DNA of 38,779 nt from the IMG/VR virus record IMGVR_UViG_3300044513_003348, positions 1 to 38,779 of that record, one strand, 5' to 3'. The DNA is from a virus. Its lineage: Duplodnaviria > Caudoviricetes. Made by a program: the position numbers and the translations under genes. Shown here piece after piece: positions 35,435 through 38,779 of this stretch. The stretch's first letter is position 1. Each line of letters opens with the position of its first letter. The notes under the pieces are model-generated. The model made no database searches and was not told where the DNA came from. It worked only from the letters and a program-made list of their open reading frames with translations.

Positions 35435-35437
35435 ATA
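35431..35437 (+). promoter_or_regulatory. Late promoter box CTAAATA for gp48-gp53
   Basis: ctaaata overlapping the gp2 stop, 35 nt upstream of 35472. Confidence 0.6.
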
Positions 35438-35471
35438 CTTAATAATGTAAGATTCAATAAGAGATAATTAG

Positions 35472-36515
35472 ATGGTTTTATCTCCGAGAGAAAGATCTTC
35501 TCAAATACAAGATAGAATAAGAAATGTTGGAGGTAAAAATCCTGCACCAAACCCTAGTGAAAGTGCTGGATCGAGCACTGGTGCAAATACCAACGGAACC
35601 AGTAATACACAATCTCAAGATAAACCAAAAAAATTTAACTTAAGATATCCACTTAAGCAAATAGAAAAAAGTACAGACTATCTTGAAATACAAGTAAAAG
35701 AATATAAAGCTCCAGGATTTAATAGCGGAAGTATACAAAGACAACCAACATCGAGTGAAACTTTAAAAAAATCCAATATAGAAGGATTTATTTACTTACC
35801 AATACCACAAAATATTCAAGACACAAATGCTGTCGGATGGGGAGAAGATAGTTTAAATAGCCTTGCTGCTTTTGGCGTTGGTCAAGGTCAAGATGTTATA
35901 CAAAGCGATAATTTCTTTAAGGGAACTATAGAAGCACTCAAAAGAACAGGAGCAGCAGCTGGAGACATTGCGGTAAGTGGGCAAGCACAAAACTTATCAT
36001 CAGCGTTTTTTGCATCAAAAGCAGTAAATCTTCTTGGTGCTAATACATCACTTGAAGGAATTCTAGCAAGGTCTAGTGGTCAAATTTTAAATCCAAATAC
36101 TGAACTTCTATTCAATGGAGTCAAACTAAGATCATTTAATTTTGAGTTTGATCTCGCACCAAGAAGTAAAGATGAAGCAGACACCATCAAAAAAATAATT
36201 AGACAACTGAAAGTAAACATGGCTCCTAGCACCACAACATCTGGAGATGAAAAAGGAATATTCATCAAATCACCAAGAGTTTTTCAGTTGACCTATAAAA
36301 CTGGACCAAGCAAACACCAGTTCTTGAATACTTTTAAACCAATGGCTTTGGTTAATATGAGCGTAAATTATACTGGATCAGGAACTTACGCAACATATAG
36401 TGATGCAACTCCAGTACACATGAAACTAGCACTTTCTTTCCAAGAACTGAATCCAGTTTATGCTGAAGATTATGATGATGCTGAATCGGGAGGAACTACA
36501 GGAGTAGGATTCTAA
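35472..36515 (+). CDS. gp48: Baseplate tail tube cap gp48
   Basis: LRYP, IYLPIP, ILNPNTELLFNGVKLRSFNFEF.LAPRS..EA, VNYT, LSFQEL. Confidence 0.88.
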   Translation: MVLSPRERSSQIQDRIRNVGGKNPAPNPSESAGSSTGANTNGTSNTQSQDKPKKFNLRYPLKQIEKSTDYLEIQVKEYKAPGFNSGSIQRQPTSSETLKKSNIEGFIYLPIPQNIQDTNAVGWGEDSLNSLAAFGVGQGQDVIQSDNFFKGTIEALKRTGAAAGDIAVSGQAQNLSSAFFASKAVNLLGANTSLEGILARSSGQILNPNTELLFNGVKLRSFNFEFDLAPRSKDEADTIKKIIRQLKVNMAPSTTTSGDEKGIFIKSPRVFQLTYKTGPSKHQFLNTFKPMALVNMSVNYTGSGTYATYSDATPVHMKLALSFQELNPVYAEDYDDAESGGTTGVGF

Positions 36516-36516
36516 A

Positions 36517-37164
36517 ATGTATTACTTTAGAGAATTACCAGACTTAGAATATCAGTCACCATTAAATCACAGAGTTTCTTCTGATGAATATGTTCGTGCT
36601 AAAAACCTATTTCGCAGAATAAAACTTCGTGATGATCTACAAAATGTTTTTACCCTCTTCAACAAGTATGTTATACCCGATGGGTATAGACCAGAAGTAG
36701 TTGCTGAAGAGTTATATGGAAAACAAAGTTTAGATTGGGTTGTTCTTATAACTGCTGGTATTGTAAACGTCAGAGATCAATGGCCATTATCAGATTACCA
36801 AATCTACAAATACTCCGAAGAAAAATATGGTGAGTATCTAAATGATACCCACCATTATGAAACAACAGAAGTTAAAGATTCTAGGAATAGAGTTATTTTA
36901 CCAGCAGGAAAAGTAGTTGATAGTACTTTTACAATTCCAAATTCTGCCGATCCAACTGCAACTTTAAATCCAGTATCTGGAATATCAAACTATGATTATG
37001 AAGTTGTTAGAAATAACGAAAAGAGAACAATATACGTATTGAAAAGAGAATACTTACAACAGTTCTTAAATGATTTTAGAAATATTATGGTTTATGATAA
37101 GTCTTCACAATATCAAGACGATAAACTGATAAGAACAGAGAATACTAGAAATACTTTACCATAA
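36517..37164 (+). CDS. gp53: Baseplate wedge subunit gp53
   Basis: YFRELPDLEY, KNLFRR, RPEVVAEELYG...DWVVL (LysM-like), WPLS, HHYET, NEKRTIYVLK. Confidence 0.88.
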   Translation: MYYFRELPDLEYQSPLNHRVSSDEYVRAKNLFRRIKLRDDLQNVFTLFNKYVIPDGYRPEVVAEELYGKQSLDWVVLITAGIVNVRDQWPLSDYQIYKYSEEKYGEYLNDTHHYETTEVKDSRNRVILPAGKVVDSTFTIPNSADPTATLNPVSGISNYDYEVVRNNEKRTIYVLKREYLQQFLNDFRNIMVYDKSSQYQDDKLIRTENTRNTLP

Positions 37165-37743
37165 GAGTTCTAGAGTCTTATCAAAAACCATAACGTATCG
37201 GTGCTTGCGGGAGCGATCTTTCCATTCTCCCTCAGCACCTTTTACTTTTCCGCGTGAATGCTTGGTGCCGTCGGCATAGTAGAAATCTTTTTTAGCGTCT
37301 GAAAGCCCACAATATTTAAAGTTACAAGCGCGGTAAATTGTACCACCATGAAAGTCGCTATCAGCGTAAGAAATGATTGCCCTAACTTTAGTCTCTCTGC
37401 GTAACTGTTTGATACATCTGGATACGAACCAGGAAGTGATATTATATTCTGTTTGCTGTGTGTCAGGGTGAATACAAAGTCGTGAAAGTTCAAAGAGACC
37501 TTCTTGTTCATTTCGTTCTAGACCGAATGCTCCTTTTGCTACTTCTGGAACAGGGAGTCCAGTAAAAACACAGACTCCCTTGATACCACCGATGTTAAGT
37601 GGACTGAAATCATTGTTCTCATACAGACCGTAGTTGTATCCACTCTTAAATCCTTTAGAAAAGTCCTTAAGATAGTGAAACCGCAGAAGTAACTCTGCGG
37701 CTTCGGATTTACTCACACGGTCTATGTGGTAATTAGATTTCAC
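37156..37743 (-). CDS. Mom-like DNA-modification GNAT acetyltransferase
   Basis: RFHYL, ELSRLC, SWFVSRCIKQL, IISYADS..HGGTIYRACNF.YCG and KHRYV match the Mu Mom family. GTG start overlaps the gp32 stop (GTGA). Confidence 0.75.
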   Translation of the reverse strand: MKSNYHIDRVSKSEAAELLLRFHYLKDFSKGFKSGYNYGLYENNDFSPLNIGGIKGVCVFTGLPVPEVAKGAFGLERNEQEGLFELSRLCIHPDTQQTEYNITSWFVSRCIKQLRRETKVRAIISYADSDFHGGTIYRACNFKYCGLSDAKKDFYYADGTKHSRGKVKGAEGEWKDRSRKHRYVMVFDKTLELLW

Positions 37744-38672
37744 TCCTCGGCAAGACGTGCAAAGTAGGACATTGCATCATCATCTTCATCTTCATCAGAG
37801 GAAGAGGAAACGGTACGAGTGGGTTGAAGAGTATTCAGTTCATCACGGAGATCTTCAGTGAGTTCACGGGAAGAACCACGGGTGTACTCTTCCTCTTCAC
37901 CCTCGTCGGGATCTTGGAGACGAGGAGTACCCTTGTTACCAAGCACATAGTCCAGGCGCTTCTTCAGGTCATCATAGGACTTGAACTGATCAGCAGCAAC
38001 GAGTTCAGCAAGAGAATACTCTTTCTTCCAGATCGCTTCCATGGCGTCATCGTCGTCCAGGAGAGCATCAGGGCGGGCGAACTCAGAGGAGTCGTAGTTG
38101 CGGTAACCAGCAACGTTCTTTGCCTTCAGTTTGAAGTTAGCACCCTGCCAGAAATCGAACGGATCGATTGCTTCCTCATCTTCAAACTCAGGTTGCATAG
38201 CAGCAGTGAGTTTGTCGAAGATCTTCTTACCGAACTTAAACAGAAACACACGACCTTCATTGGAGGGATTAGCAGGATCCTTGACCACATAGATGTTAGC
38301 CATGTAAGTCAGTTTACGCTTCTGCTTGCGGGCTGCTTCCTTACCTGCGTCGGTGCCGTTGTTCCACAGCATCGTGTTGTACTCGGAAACAGGATCCTTC
38401 TGACCCAGAGTGGTCAGGGAGTTCTCAATATACCAACCACCAGGACCTTGGAAGGCGTGACTGTAGAGTTTCACGAAGGGAAGGTCCTCACCATTAGGAG
38501 CGGGGAGGAAACGGATAACGGCATAACCGTTGCCGCTCTTATCACATTCCAGTTTCCAGAGACGCTCATCGCTGCTGGAACCGCCATTGTTATTCATCTT
38601 TTCGACTTCCTTGACCAGTTTCGCGGTCAGGGAGCCAAGCTTAGATTGCTTCTTAAGGTCTGCGAAAGACAT
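37740..38672 (-). CDS. gp32: Single-stranded DNA-binding protein gp32
   Basis: DERLWK...GNGYAVIRFLP, HAFQGPGGWYIENSLTT, FGKKIFDK, PFDFWQGANFKLK, NYDSSEF, and an acidic tail. Confidence 0.97.
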   Translation of the reverse strand: MSFADLKKQSKLGSLTAKLVKEVEKMNNNGGSSSDERLWKLECDKSGNGYAVIRFLPAPNGEDLPFVKLYSHAFQGPGGWYIENSLTTLGQKDPVSEYNTMLWNNGTDAGKEAARKQKRKLTYMANIYVVKDPANPSNEGRVFLFKFGKKIFDKLTAAMQPEFEDEEAIDPFDFWQGANFKLKAKNVAGYRNYDSSEFARPDALLDDDDAMEAIWKKEYSLAELVAADQFKSYDDLKKRLDYVLGNKGTPRLQDPDEGEEEEYTRGSSRELTEDLRDELNTLQPTRTVSSSSDEDEDDDAMSYFARLAEE

Positions 38673-38717
38673 TTGGATTACCTCGGATTGATTTGGATTC
38701 GGGGGATTTACTCGGAT

Positions 38718-38746
38718 AGTATAGCAAGGATGCCCTCAGTCGTCAA
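38718..38746 (-). promoter_or_regulatory. Sigma70-type early promoter TTGACG-N17-TATACT for gp32-mom
   Basis: -35 at 38746-38741, -10 at 38723-38718, 17-nt spacer, same -35 hexamer as the 8225 promoter. Confidence 0.8.
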
Positions 38747-38779
38747 GATAATTCTTGAGGGATTCGATTGTCTGGTTCA
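38736..38779 (-). CDS. 3' end of an upstream gene (possibly the DUF1825-like ORF usually preceding gp32)
   Basis: Reads ...NQTIESLKNYLDD* with TGA at 38738-38736. Only about 14 codons are visible, so identity rests on synteny alone. Confidence 0.4.
   Translation of the reverse strand, partial: NQTIESLKNYLDD

Noticed and set aside
37740-38672. gp32 lacking the T4 zinc-binding cysteines as a novelty
   Set aside because: Zinc-free gp32 is the usual form in cyanomyoviruses, so it is not distinctive

Overview
A 38.8-kb piece of a T4-like cyanophage (cyanomyovirus) genome, mostly transcribed on the minus strand. The right end carries the core module: gp32 SSB, a Mom-like DNA-modification GNAT, gp53, gp48, gp2, gp4, a tail-tube-fold gene, gp26/gp51, a tape-measure-like protein, a virion peptidoglycan hydrolase, a hub protein and gp5. 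The middle (about 8.2-25.2 kb) is an AT-rich accessory island. It holds a small adaptor, a 1209-aa collagen-like fibre with an Mtd-like N-terminus, a fibre-assembly chaperone and a 1849-aa RCC1-repeat putative adhesin. These are followed by a tightly packed nine-gene cassette with its own late-promoter box: TPR-GT9, GT2-TPR, four more glycosyltransferase-like ORFs, a 2OG-Fe(II) oxygenase, a CxxCxxCC protein and a DUF6165-like protein. The left part has a sigma70-type promoter upstream of two small ORFs (one Phd/YefM-like and missing from the ORF track), three tRNAs (Ile-UAU, CAU, Leu-UAA) and pebS, followed by two large virion fibre proteins. The main leads are a candidate virion-fibre glycosylation/hydroxylation system linked to a modular collagen-plus-RCC1 fibre, and a candidate -1 ribosomal frameshift (T TTT TTC) fusing gp26 to gp51 just upstream of the tape-measure-like gene. 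All family calls come from motif recognition by eye, not database searches.
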